Shown here piece by piece: positions 20,344 to 30,468 of a stretch of 64,000 nucleotides of DNA; position 1 is the stretch's first letter, and the number at the start of each line of letters is the position of its first letter. The notes beneath the pieces were generated by a model that saw only the letters and a program-made list of their open reading frames with translations, searched no databases and had not been told where the DNA came from. The DNA comes from Gemmatimonadales bacterium (GTDB lineage Bacteria; Gemmatimonadota; Gemmatimonadetes; Gemmatimonadales; GWC2-71-9): positions 2,752,001-2,816,000 of the forward strand of contig OZ252244.1 of NCBI GenBank assembly GCA_965249575.1, read 5' to 3'. Position numbers and translations under genes: made by a program.

Positions 20344-20613
20344 CTACCCGCGCCCCTGCGCCACTTCCCGGGCCTCACCGCCTTCGAAGTAGGCGTAGTT
20401 TTTCTTCGTGTAGCTCGCCCACTTCTCGGGTACATCGTCTTCAGGGAAGATAGCGGTTACCGGGCACTCCGGCTCGCACGCGCCGCAGTCGATGCACTCG
20501 TCGGGGTGGATGTAGAGCATGTCCGGACCTTCGTAAATACAGTCCACCGGGCACACATCCACGCACCCTCTATCCAGCACGCCGATACAGGGCTCAGCAA
20601 TGATATACGTCAC
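20344..20613 (-). CDS. Dicluster ferredoxin (FdxA-like)
   Basis: [42 protein letters not shown]. Confidence 0.93.
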   Translation of the reverse strand: MTYIIAEPCIGVLDRGCVDVCPVDCIYEGPDMLYIHPDECIDCGACEPECPVTAIFPEDDVPEKWASYTKKNYAYFEGGEAREVAQGRG

Positions 20614-20672
20614 AGTCGCTCCATGGCGCGCAGCCTAATTCCCCTCCGATCGTCCGACCCGGCGGGTTCGCA

Positions 20673-20983
20673 CTAGGTAGCTCCCTCAGAGATATCGACT
20701 TTCATGTCCTCGCCTCGATCGACCGTGTACGCAGGCACGCTCTGGCCCGCTGGGGGGCCCACGACCTGCCCGATCGTCACATCGCACTGAGCACCGTGCT
20801 ATGGACAAGTGACCACTGTCCCGTCCAGCTCGCCTTCTCCCAGAGGACCGCCTCGATGGGTGCATGTACCACCGAGAGCATAAATCGTTCCAGCCAGGTT
20901 GAAGACGGCCACCGCCCGGCCTCCTGCGTCCACGTGGCGGGCGGCATATCGCTCAACCTTGTAATCTTGATCAGTTCGCCCAT
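20673..20983 (-). pseudogene. Rieske (2Fe-2S) ferredoxin pseudogene
   Basis: CTHRGGPLGEG..VTCP*HG (TAG where Trp is expected), plus a frameshift near 20935; GGAGG RBS retained. Confidence 0.85.
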
Positions 20984-21042
20984 TGATGGCAAACCTCCCT
21001 TACCTCTTCGCAGGATATCCCGCTCTAGTGTAGCGTTCAACG

Positions 21043-21300
21043 TCACTTCGCGTTTGCTGAGTAGTTCGAGAAAAACCCCCGTCCGTGCCACGATCGCCTC
21101 GCCGGGACCTCCCAGCGCCTGTCGCGCAACGCGCCCGTCGTTTGGATCGTGTTGTCGAACACCACAGTGTCCGGTCCGACGGCGCCCTCGTCGACCAACT
21201 GCGTGAATTCTTCCCGACTCGCAGGTCTCCTCGACGAGCGCGAGAATAGAAATGTACCCACTTCCGGAGCCCCTCGCTTCTCGTCCAGGTAGGCTAGCAA
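21043..21300 (-). pseudogene. C-terminal fragment of a conserved hypothetical protein
   Basis: SREEFTQLVDEGAVGPDTVVFDNTIQT..WEVPARRSWHGRGFF. Confidence 0.45.
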
Positions 21301-21390
21301 TCCCGTCCCTCTAGTCCCCAGCGGAGGCGTGATGACGCGGTGCAGAAGCCTCCAGAGCCCAAGGTCGCACGTGGACGCTATAGATCCAGG

Positions 21391-21666
21391 CTATGCGTCG
21401 GTTGGTGTGATCGTCTTCGCGTGCTGTTGACCCATCCCCTCCGGTCGCACCACAAGGGCAACGCGGGCAGTACCGTCCGGCGCGGTAAGCTGGATCTGCG
21501 GTACCTCGTTCCACGAGATCCCGATGATCACGCGTGTTTCGCCGTCGGCGTCGAGAAAGGCAAAGGAGGGAAGCGCGGAGTCTTCCTCACACGCAAGCAC
21601 TGCACGGATGCGACCACCCCGGTCAACCAGCTCCAAGCGCTCGGTTCGCACGATTTTATCCACCAT
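21391..21666 (-). CDS. Hypothetical beta-rich protein
   Basis: VRTERLELVDRGGRIRAVL..FLDADGETRV; a similar stub lies at about 5360-5450 (IRATLQAKPDGDPLLTLYDADGEVV). Confidence 0.5.
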   Translation of the reverse strand: MVDKIVRTERLELVDRGGRIRAVLACEEDSALPSFAFLDADGETRVIIGISWNEVPQIQLTAPDGTARVALVVRPEGMGQQHAKTITPTDA

Positions 21667-21991
21667 GTTGGGATTTCCTTGGGCAACAAGGTTGGGTCAT
21701 GAGTCACCTACCCACGGGACTTCGGCAGGCTCTCCGCCGTGAGGAAACTACGCGTACAGCCCTCCCGGAGAACGGTACGCATGACGGTTCTACGTTGCAC
21801 GTTCACAAAACAACGCCCCGCCTGAGGGAGGTTTAGGGGGGTCGCCGACAGCCGCCAGCTAACACGCCAGGAAAGCCCGAGCGTCCCCGTCCGCAGTTCG
21901 TGTTCGAGAATACCGCCTTCAAGAGACGGCGTTAGATTTCAAGCCCGAGAACATCATATAGACGGCAAGAGCCGTGGGCGGTCGAAGAATC

Positions 21992-23161
21992 ATGACGTAC
22001 TGTGCCAGTTATTCGAAAGCGCAGGATCTTACGATCGCGCTCGATGCGATTTGTGACGAGTTGGCCACGGGGCTCAACGGCGTCCCACCCGACATCTCCT
22101 TCCTCTTTGTTTCACACTTTCATGCTGACCGTTTTGAACAATTGGCGAGTTTGGTTTACCGGAAGAGCGAGACGCGACTGATGCTAGGCTGCACAGGCGA
22201 AACGATCGCAGGGGGCCGTGAAGAGATCGAATCCGGCCCGGCCATCAGTCTGTGGTCGGCCGTGTTGCCAGCTGCAGCGATCGAGTTGTTTCACGCCGAA
22301 TTCTCCCAAACGCCCGATGGCATCGTGTGCGACGGCCTCCCATCGGGTCTGGAGGAAGGACGAGCCGATGTTCGGGCTGTCTTCGCCTTCGGCGAACCAT
22401 TTTCGGCCGTCCCGCACTCCGTGATCGATCGTTTTGCCGACGAACTTCCGGGCGTGCCACTCATCGGTGGCATGGCAAGCGGCGGTGCCGGTCCCGACAT
22501 GAATCGGTTATTCCTCAACTCAACCACCATTCCGCATGGTCTCGTCGGGGCGGTTGTCCGAGGTGGCCCGCGGGTCCGTTCGGTTGTCTCACAGGGATGT
22601 CGACCGATTGGCCAGCACTACGTGGTCACCCGCGCCGAACAAAACATCGTTCACGAATTGGGTGGCGTCCCACCCAGGCAGCGGTTGCGTGAATTGCTGC
22701 CGACGTTGTCAGATCAGGATCAACAATTGATGCAGAACGGGCTCCACCTTGGCATTGTGATGAACGAATATCAGGAGACCTTCGCACGGGGAGACTTTCT
22801 GATCTCGAACGTGATAGGGGCCCGAGAGGAGGATGGATCACTGGCGATCGGGAACCGGGTGCGTGTCGGTCAGACGGTGCAGTTCCACGTCCGTGACGCG
22901 GTAACGGCCGACGAGGATTTGGTTCGGCTGCTCGAGCAGGATCGGACTACGAACTCGAATCCACCACAAGCAGCGTTGCTCTTCAGTTGTAATGGTCGGG
23001 GAACCCGATTGTTTCCCGAGCCGAATCACGATGCCGGGACGATCCAGGAAAAAGTTGGACCGATCCCGTTGGCCGGCTTCTTCGCCCAGGGGGAACTTGG
23101 CCCGGTCGGCGGGAAAAACTACATCCACGGATTCACCGCAAGCGTGGCCCTGTTTGAATAG
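21992..23161 (+). CDS. FIST N/C domain protein
   Basis: LGCTGETI, GGMASGG, VVSQGCRPIG, VGQTVQFHVRDA, LLFSCNGRG, GFFAQGELGP..HGFTAS. Confidence 0.93.
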   Translation: MTYCASYSKAQDLTIALDAICDELATGLNGVPPDISFLFVSHFHADRFEQLASLVYRKSETRLMLGCTGETIAGGREEIESGPAISLWSAVLPAAAIELFHAEFSQTPDGIVCDGLPSGLEEGRADVRAVFAFGEPFSAVPHSVIDRFADELPGVPLIGGMASGGAGPDMNRLFLNSTTIPHGLVGAVVRGGPRVRSVVSQGCRPIGQHYVVTRAEQNIVHELGGVPPRQRLRELLPTLSDQDQQLMQNGLHLGIVMNEYQETFARGDFLISNVIGAREEDGSLAIGNRVRVGQTVQFHVRDAVTADEDLVRLLEQDRTTNSNPPQAALLFSCNGRGTRLFPEPNHDAGTIQEKVGPIPLAGFFAQGELGPVGGKNYIHGFTASVALFE

Positions 23162-23402
23162 CAGGCCCATAGCATCACAAACGAACGGCCGGATTCTGCT
23201 GTGGGAAGCGACTTGCAGTCGAGTCGTGCCAACGTGGACACCGAGGGTCGGAAGCCACCCGCACACGCCCGCCGAAGCGTGCAGAGCAGAGCTCCAGCCA
23301 CCGCATAATCATGCAACCTGAGGGCCTCTTCGACCTCGTTTATGCAGCCGGTCTGTGTGCAGATTGGCTAAGTGACTGCCATGACGAGATCCCGTTGAGG
23401 CC

Positions 23403-23461
23403 GCCTAACGCTCGCCGCTCAGCGGCCGGCGAAGCCGGTCCGCAGCGGCGACTTGTTAGGC
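23403..23461 (+). other. Integron attC site (59-base element)
   Basis: GCCTAAC (RYYYAAC) to GTTAGGC (GTTRRRY), exactly 59 bp; inner arms TCGCCGCT/AGCGGCGA and GCGGCCGGC-GAA-GCCGGTCCGC with unpaired bases. Confidence 0.8.
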
Positions 23462-23529
23462 GGCGTCTTTGTATCGACGGCCACGTGCTTGCCGCAGGGC
23501 CCAGACCACGAGTGGCGCAGCCAGAATGA

Positions 23530-24478
23530 TCACAAGACTCCCAAGAGCGATCGCGCGAAGCATCCCCGGCACCGCCATCGTAGCCGCCAGGAGTCAATGT
23601 TTCCCGTCTCCCAGAAGACCCACTCGCCCGCTAGCTCCGTTGCGAGTAGGGGGTTGCCCGTCTCGAGAACCACAATGCCGTTGCCGGTCGCGGGGTCGAG
23701 GCGTGCTGCGGCATTGATCGCAGGATCGTTCTTGCCGTCGTGCCCGACGACGAAGCCCCCCTCGTCGTTGCTGGCGTAAAGAATGGTGCCGAGACCCCAT
23801 ATGTCTTGCCCGAATTTCGCCGCATGCGGTTGCCACATGTCGTTGATCGTTACTGACGCAAGGACTCCGAGCCCAATCGGCTCCCCGTTCTGCCCAGGAA
23901 GGTGCGCCTGTATGAACCGCGTTAGGTCCGACACCGACGTGTACAGAGACGTCGCCGCGACAGCGGAGAAACGATAGTGAGTCGCCGGTCCGGAGGCGCC
24001 ATCGTAGAAGGTCGCAAGTGTCGTTCCATCGCTAGGGGTCCAGGCGTATGACGAACGGACCATACCCAGAGGCCGAAAGATAGTTCGCTGCATATACGCC
24101 TCGAATGACTCGCCGCTCACCTCTTCGACCAGGAGCTGAAGGAGAGCATAGCCGCCTCCAGAATACCGCCACTCGGTACCCGGTTCGTATCCTACCTGAA
24201 TGACGCCGCGGGCCCCCGGTGAGACATCTGCGGGTCTCGTTAGCGACTCCTCCAGCGACTGCACCGTCGCTCCAGGTTCAAAGCCAGCGTAACCGAGTCC
24301 ATCCGTGAGCCCTGCGGTGTGGCTCAGCAACCGTCGGGGCGTAACCTTGTCATTATCGAACTCGCTCTCGGGGAGGGTCCATCGCGTCAGATAGGTGCTA
24401 ACTGGGGCATCCAAGTCGAGTCTCCCGTCTTCGACGAGTGCCATAACGCCCCATGCAGTGATCCACTTGCTGAGGGAG
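23530..24478 (-). pseudogene. Serine hydrolase (beta-lactamase class C-like), 5'-truncated, 3' frameshift
   Basis: Starts at SLSKWITA (SxxK); LLSHTAG, WRYSGGGY, GHDG. Confidence 0.85.
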
Positions 24479-24769
24479 GGTCGGCGGAAAAACTGTCGAC
24501 ATTCAGGATGGGGAGTGGCTCTGGGGAAGCGGGTGCGGTTTGTTGTTGATGAACCTATCCAGGGACAGAGTCTGCGGGTGTCTTACAGCGGGACTATCAA
24601 TGGAGACAGGATCAACTTTTCCCGAAATTACACTGCTCGAGTGCGGCAGTCGCGTGGCGGCGTGAGGCTGGTGCGTAGCACGTCAACGTTTTCGGGGCGT
24701 CGGGTGAACTGAAGGAGGTCGACATCTGGTACGCCGCGGTCGACTTCGATTGGGAGCAGATCGTGACCC

Positions 24770-25956
24770 CCGTGGATTCCCGCCAATGCCCGTGTCGTCG
24801 ACGGCACGGGGAAGTACCTCATTCCCGGTTTCTGGGACATGCACACCCATCTATCCAAGGCCCGCTCCTCATCCCTGGGTCTCTTTGTGGCCAATGGCGT
24901 GACGAGTGTTCGGGACATGGGGGGCGACCACCACGAACTTCTCCGGTGGCGCCAGGAGGTCATGGGCGGACAACGTGTGGGCCCCCGGATCCTGCTGGCG
25001 GGGCCGTACCTGGAGTCCGCAGGCACCGTCGAGCGGGTACGGAACACGCCACCCGAGGAAATGGTGGAGCCGGTGGAGCGAACCCGTATTCCGGTCGGCA
25101 CGCCGGAGGATGCGCGACGGGTCGTCGACTCTCTCTCGGCTCTGGAGCTGGATTTTCTCAAGGTTCGCACGTCTCCTCGGTCGAGACCTACCATGCACTC
25201 GCGGGCGCAGCACGGCTCGCCGGGCTCGACCTGGTAGGGCATACGTTTGGCATTCCCATTGAGGAGGTCATCGCATCCAAGCAGCGAGGCATCGAGCACC
25301 TCTTCTACCCCACGCTCGATGACCGCAGCTCAGAGGAGCGAAGGCGATTGTTCCGTCTTCTGGCGGAGAACGACGTCGGCGTGGTTCCGACCTTGGTGAC
25401 CGCAACCGAGTCGGCTTTCGCGCCCGACAGCGTGGTCGAAACGGTCTTGCACGATTCCCTCGGTCGGTTCGAAGTTCGGCGCCGATACCTCTCCCGGTTT
25501 CTCATTCAGGACTGGAGCGAACAGATCCTGGAGAGGGATCCCGACATGCTCTCCCTGTTTCGAAGTGTCTACTCGAGCGCCGTTCGGGATCTGAGAGAAA
25601 TGCGTGAGGAAGGTGTTCGGATAATGACCGGAAGTGACGTCGCTGTCCTCATGATCTTCCCTGGCTCAACCCTTCATGCCGAGCTCGAGCTGTTCGTCGC
25701 GGAGATCGGGATGACGCCTCTCGAAGCCATCGAGAGCGCCACGCGGCTGCCAGCGGAGTTCCTGGGCCTTGGTGATTCCCTTGGCACCATCGAGCGTGGC
25801 AAGATTGCGGACTTGGTGCTACTCGACGAGGATCCACTCGAGGGGGTCTCGAACACCCGCCGGATCAACAGTGTCATCCTTCGGGGCCGGCTCTACAATC
25901 GAAACGACCTGGACGACTGCTATCGGAGGTTGAGGTGGCCGATGACCGTCGGGTGA
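24770..25956 (+). pseudogene. Amidohydrolase family, 5'-truncated, frameshift near 25170
   Basis: VVDGTGKYLIPGFWDMHTH, GVTSVRDMGG; second frame GIEH..GSD..LHAELE..GTIERGKIADLVLLD. Confidence 0.85.
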
Positions 25957-26709
25957 ACGACTGGCCGAGGAGCCGGGAGAAGTCGCTAGAGTAGGACCTG
26001 GGGGGGGCGGCAGCCAGAGTGGCTGAAGGCGCTCTATGGGGGAGAACCCGATTCTACTTTCCCTACTCCCAACACGCACAGCGCCCGACCGCAGGGGCCG
26101 GACGCTCGGCATCCACACGGCGGCGGCACAGTGTTCGTGTTGTCGTGCACCACCTTCCATTCTCCCCCCGACGCTGCCAGACAAAGGCCCAGACGCCGCT
26201 GAAGGAGTCGGGAGCCTCACCGGGCAGATATGACTCCGCTGAGAAGGAATTGGTGGAGAGAGCGGATTCGCGGCTCAGGACTAGGACCTGAGTATCGGAC
26301 ACTTCGACGTTCAGCGAGTCCGCGTTTGTGAAGAAGGTGGAATCGCTGGTGTAGACCGCTTCGGTTGGCTGGAACGTCGCACCAGCCGGGTGTCGAACAT
26401 CGGGACCGAAGGCATACCACTTAAAACGATACTGGCGATCCCGTTCACCGCTATGGGGGATTCCCCGATTGCCGGCAGTTAGCCCGATCGGCTATTTGAC
26501 GGGGAACGTGATCTGTCGGTGGCGCCGGCTGAGAACTGACGGGGCAGGTTAGCGCTGGGTACTCGCAGCTCAGTAGGTGGTGAACGTATGGAGGAGTCTT
26601 CCAGCTCGCCTGGTCACTGTCCCTCGACGCAGAAAGCCGAGGGGTCTCCCCCTCGGCCGTTCCACGACGTGGAAATGGTCGCATCCACGAAGCGGCCTGC
26701 GCGTTACGC

Positions 26710-27123
26710 TTATCGACCGATGGCGTCCGGATGAGCCGTGGCCCGGGTCCGGAGCGTGACCACGATCGCGGGGCCCTCTTCGGCCGGGAGCCATTCGCTA
26801 CCCGTCCCGTTCGGATCGAGGTAGTGAACCGACGCTACCTTGTCGGCCTCTACCCACCGCAAGCACGTGATCTCCGTGCAGCGCATCTCGATGTAGATGC
26901 TCGGACTCGGAACTCCGCCATCTGCGGAATTGCGGACCAGCCAGCCGGGCAGCAGCTCGCTCACCGCCTGGTAGATGTTGTCGACTGACGCCAGGTCGAG
27001 CTCCACCGCCGTGATCGGCCTGGGGCCGCTCCGGGGTCCGTCGTGCCGGCCTTCGAGGTCCGAGCATCCGGTCACGCCGATCGCCAACATCAGTATGGCG
27101 GTGAAGAATGTCGTCGCTTTCAT
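26710..27123 (-). CDS. Hypothetical lipoprotein
   Basis: MKATTFFTAILMLAIGVTGC lipobox; GGAGG RBS; divergent from the BTAD-kinase gene. Confidence 0.6.
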   Translation of the reverse strand: MKATTFFTAILMLAIGVTGCSDLEGRHDGPRSGPRPITAVELDLASVDNIYQAVSELLPGWLVRNSADGGVPSPSIYIEMRCTEITCLRWVEADKVASVHYLDPNGTGSEWLPAEEGPAIVVTLRTRATAHPDAIGR

Positions 27124-27300
27124 CTCAAGCCTCCCTGTAGGTGGTCGTTTCGGCATTGCCGGTCAGCGGCTCAGTGGCTCCCGGGTTTCCCGGCCGTCGC
27201 GCTTCCGGCGCTTGCCTGTGCCCAGCCTAATCCGGGCCGGTCACGGGGCGGTCACTTCTGCATCACCGGGTGAGTGGAAAGCAGTGATCGGGGCGGAACC

Positions 27301-30300
27301 GTGATCACGCTTCGACTGCTGGGTGGAATCGAGATGCAGAACGGCGCCGCAGAGGAGCCGGGGGTCGCGGCGCTGTTACCGCGCCCCAAGCGGGTTGCCC
27401 TCCTGGCCTACCTGGCCGCGGCGCGTCCCCACGGCTTCCACCGGCGAGACAAGCTGCACGGGCTGTTCTGGCAGGAGGCGACGCAGGACCGCGCCCGGCG
27501 GGCCCTCAACCAGGCGCTCTTCGTTTTGCGAGAGGGACTGGGCAGAGATGCCATCGTGACCCGCGGCGACGCGGAGGTGGCGCTGAACGAGGAACGGTTC
27601 ACGGTGGACGTGCGGGCTTTCGGGGAGGCGGTGGACTCGGCTGACCACGAGCGTGCCGTCCAGTGGTATCGAGGGGACTTTCTCGAGGCGTTCTTCATCT
27701 CGGAGGCGCCAGAGTTCGAGTGGTGGGTAGACCAGGAGCGAAGCACGCTCCGCCAGCGCGCGATCGCGTCGGCGTTCGCGCTGGTCGAGGCGCTGGACGG
27801 TCAGGGGAGATACCTGGAGGCCGTGGACCGCGCACGCTGGGCGACGGCGATGGCTCCGTTGGACGAGGTCGTGCTCAGGCGGCTGCTCGAGCTGCTGGAC
27901 GCCCATGGCGATCGCGCGACCGCGCGCAGGGAGTACGACCGTTTCGCTCGCCGGCTCGCCGAGGACGCTGGCCACGAGCCGTCGCCCGAGACCCAGGCGA
28001 TGATGGATCGAATCAATGCACGGCGTGCTCCCAGGGCCGGGGATGCACCCGTTGAACCTGTCCAGAAGACGGAGGTCACCCCGGTTGCGGACGTGGCGGA
28101 TGACGGTTTATCGCCGAGGCAGCTGCTCGAGCGAACGCTCGCCGGGCGGTACGAGATCGGCCGGGCCATCGGGATGGGCGGTATGTCGCTCGTGTTCCTC
28201 GCGCAGGACTTGACTCAACCCCGCAAGGTCGCGGTCAAGGTGCTGCGGCCGCATCTCCTGAGCACGATCGGCGTCGAGCGATTCCTCCAGGAGATTCGGA
28301 TCGCGGCAGCGCTGCAACATCCCAACATCGTGCCGCTCTACGAGTCCGGCAGGGCGGGCAGACTGCCGTACTACGTCATGCCGTTCGTTGAGGGTGAGTC
28401 GCTCGAAGCGCGGCTCACGCGCAAAACGCAGCTTGCTGTCGACGAGGCGATCGGCATCGCGCGCGAGGTGGCCAGCGCGCTCGGTACGGCGCACAGCCAT
28501 GGGGTAGTCCACCGCGACATCAAGCCCGGCAACATCCTGCTCGAGGCGGGCCACGCGGTGGTCAGCGATTTTGGTATCGCACGTGCCGTCACGGAGGCGG
28601 GCGGCGTGAGGCTCACCGAAACGGGCGTGCGGTTGGGAACTCCCGGCTACATGAGCCCCGAGCAGATCGACGAGTCACGAGTCGACGGTCGCAGCGACAT
28701 ATACGGCCTTGCGTGCGTGCTGTACGAGATGCTTGCGGGGGAGGCGCCGTTCACCGGCCCGACGGCGCAGTCGATCTACGCGAAGCAGTTGACCCTGCCG
28801 CCCCCATCCGTTCTCACTGTGCGCAAGACGGTGCCGCCCGGCGTCGACAAGGTCATCCGGCACGCGTTGGCTACCGTGCCCGCCGACCGATACGCGACGG
28901 CGGCGGAGTTTGATGCTGCTCTACACGCCGCCTCGTTGGAGCCGCCGCTGCCCCTCCCACCTCCGCGCCGGGTGGGGCACCTGGCTCCGTCGCTTGTGAT
29001 GGCAGCTGGTGCCGCAGTCGTATTCTTCAGTCGGGAGAAGCCGCCACCTGACCCGCTGCACTACGCGATTCTGCCCTTCCAGTACGAGGGGAGCGCAGGT
29101 GCGCCGCTCAACGAGCTTCAGCGCCTGCACGATGCGCTTTCCCGCTGGGAGGGGTTCAGTATTGCCGACCCCTTCGATGTCCGCGAGGCCCTAGCTGACG
29201 ACGGTGGCGCATCCTTGACGCGGACTGCCGCGACCCGATTGGCGCGCGGACGCGGAGCCGGACGGTACGTCAGGGGGGCGGTGTCACCGTTAGGTGGTTC
29301 GCTCCGAGTGCATGGCGCTCTCTACGATGCAGTAGAGGACGGCACCCTCGTAGCGAACTATGCAGTACGGATTCCCCGAGATCTTGAGGGAGCAGATTCG
29401 CTGTTCGCGAAATTGGCCGATCACCTGCTGTTCCCCTCGCTTCCTGAGGGGGAGCCGGCGCTGTCGGGGACGCGATCGTTTCCCGCTCGGCGGGCGTTCG
29501 ATCGGGGGCAAGACGCGCTCGAAGTTTGGGATCTCGATCGGGCAGACTCTGCCTTCTCTGCAGCGACTGCCGTGGATCCGGATTATGCCCAAGCCCACTT
29601 GTGGATTGCTTTGGCGCGGGCGTGGAGGGGCGCCGAGCGGGCGAGCTGGCGCATTGACGCCGAGCAGGCTGCTCTGGGGAAGGAAAGTCTGTCCGACCAG
29701 GATAGGGTCACAGCCGACGCCATTCTGGCCGAGGCTCGCGATGACCTCGGTCAGGCCTGCCCGCTTTGGCAGCGCCATGCTGGAGGAGACCCACGCGACT
29801 TCGCTGCCTGGTACGGCCTGGCCCAGTGTCTGAGAGGTGATGACGCCGTTGTGCGCGACACCGCGAGCCCATCAGGCTGGCGGTTCCGCACCAGCTATCA
29901 CCGGGCGCTCCTGGCGTACCAGCGGGCCTTCGAGCTGCGGCCCTCCATTCTCGTCTCCTTCCGGCGAGGTTCGTACGAGTCGTTACGTCAGCTTTTCAGA
30001 GCGGGCGGGAACGAGCGCCGGGCCGGCCGTGGGCTTTCCCCCGACACCACGGGTTTCAGCGCGGATCCGCACTGGCAGGCGGATACGATCGCATGGATCC
30101 CGTATCCGCAAAACGCACCACGGCCGCGACGTGCGGCGAGCCCCGAGGAAGCGGTGCGACACCTGCGGAAGATGCTCCGGGAAGTTGCGGTTGCGTGGGT
30201 CGCGTTCACGCCCGCAAGCGGGGACGCGATGGAAGCGCTCGCAGTCTCTATGGCGTTGCTGGCGGACCCATCGGCGCTCCTCATACACTCGGCCCTTGGG

Positions 30301-30468
30301 GGGCCTGAAGACAGCCTCGCCCTACTTGAGCGGCGGGTCCGGATAGGAATCGAGGAGACCTTGCGGCGTGGCATCCGGTGCACACCATCTATCTCGATCG
30401 GCGCATGGGCTCCACGCTCGCGTGCAGCGATGACGAGTTCCGGCGCCAGCAGGTGGAACAACTCGTAG
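27301..30468 (+). CDS. SARP-like DNA-binding/BTAD + Ser/Thr kinase + TPR-like protein; C-terminus probably truncated or chimeric after about 30280
   Basis: LRLLGG..PKRVALLAYL..RRDKL..YRGDFLEAF (BTAD); IGMGGMS, HRDIKPGN, DFG, GTPGYMSPEQ; helical repeats follow. Confidence 0.85.
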   Translation: MITLRLLGGIEMQNGAAEEPGVAALLPRPKRVALLAYLAAARPHGFHRRDKLHGLFWQEATQDRARRALNQALFVLREGLGRDAIVTRGDAEVALNEERFTVDVRAFGEAVDSADHERAVQWYRGDFLEAFFISEAPEFEWWVDQERSTLRQRAIASAFALVEALDGQGRYLEAVDRARWATAMAPLDEVVLRRLLELLDAHGDRATARREYDRFARRLAEDAGHEPSPETQAMMDRINARRAPRAGDAPVEPVQKTEVTPVADVADDGLSPRQLLERTLAGRYEIGRAIGMGGMSLVFLAQDLTQPRKVAVKVLRPHLLSTIGVERFLQEIRIAAALQHPNIVPLYESGRAGRLPYYVMPFVEGESLEARLTRKTQLAVDEAIGIAREVASALGTAHSHGVVHRDIKPGNILLEAGHAVVSDFGIARAVTEAGGVRLTETGVRLGTPGYMSPEQIDESRVDGRSDIYGLACVLYEMLAGEAPFTGPTAQSIYAKQLTLPPPSVLTVRKTVPPGVDKVIRHALATVPADRYATAAEFDAALHAASLEPPLPLPPPRRVGHLAPSLVMAAGAAVVFFSREKPPPDPLHYAILPFQYEGSAGAPLNELQRLHDALSRWEGFSIADPFDVREALADDGGASLTRTAATRLARGRGAGRYVRGAVSPLGGSLRVHGALYDAVEDGTLVANYAVRIPRDLEGADSLFAKLADHLLFPSLPEGEPALSGTRSFPARRAFDRGQDALEVWDLDRADSAFSAATAVDPDYAQAHLWIALARAWRGAERASWRIDAEQAALGKESLSDQDRVTADAILAEARDDLGQACPLWQRHAGGDPRDFAAWYGLAQCLRGDDAVVRDTASPSGWRFRTSYHRALLAYQRAFELRPSILVSFRRGSYESLRQLFRAGGNERRAGRGLSPDTTGFSADPHWQADTIAWIPYPQNAPRPRRAASPEEAVRHLRKMLREVAVAWVAFTPASGDAMEALAVSMALLADPSALLIHSALGGPEDSLALLERRVRIGIEETLRRGIRCTPSISIGAWAPRSRAAMTSSGASRWNNS

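Noticed and set aside
20799..20803. In-frame TAG as pyrrolysine or recoding
   Set aside because: It replaces a usual Trp, the gene is also frameshifted, and intact genes here use TAG as stop
21856..21937. GCTAAC...GTTAGAT as attC upstream of the FIST gene
   Set aside because: Ends pair imperfectly and the interior is not palindromic
26475..26556. GTTAGC motifs and a TGACGGGG pair resembling attC right ends
   Set aside because: No matching RYYYAAC partner or hairpin found
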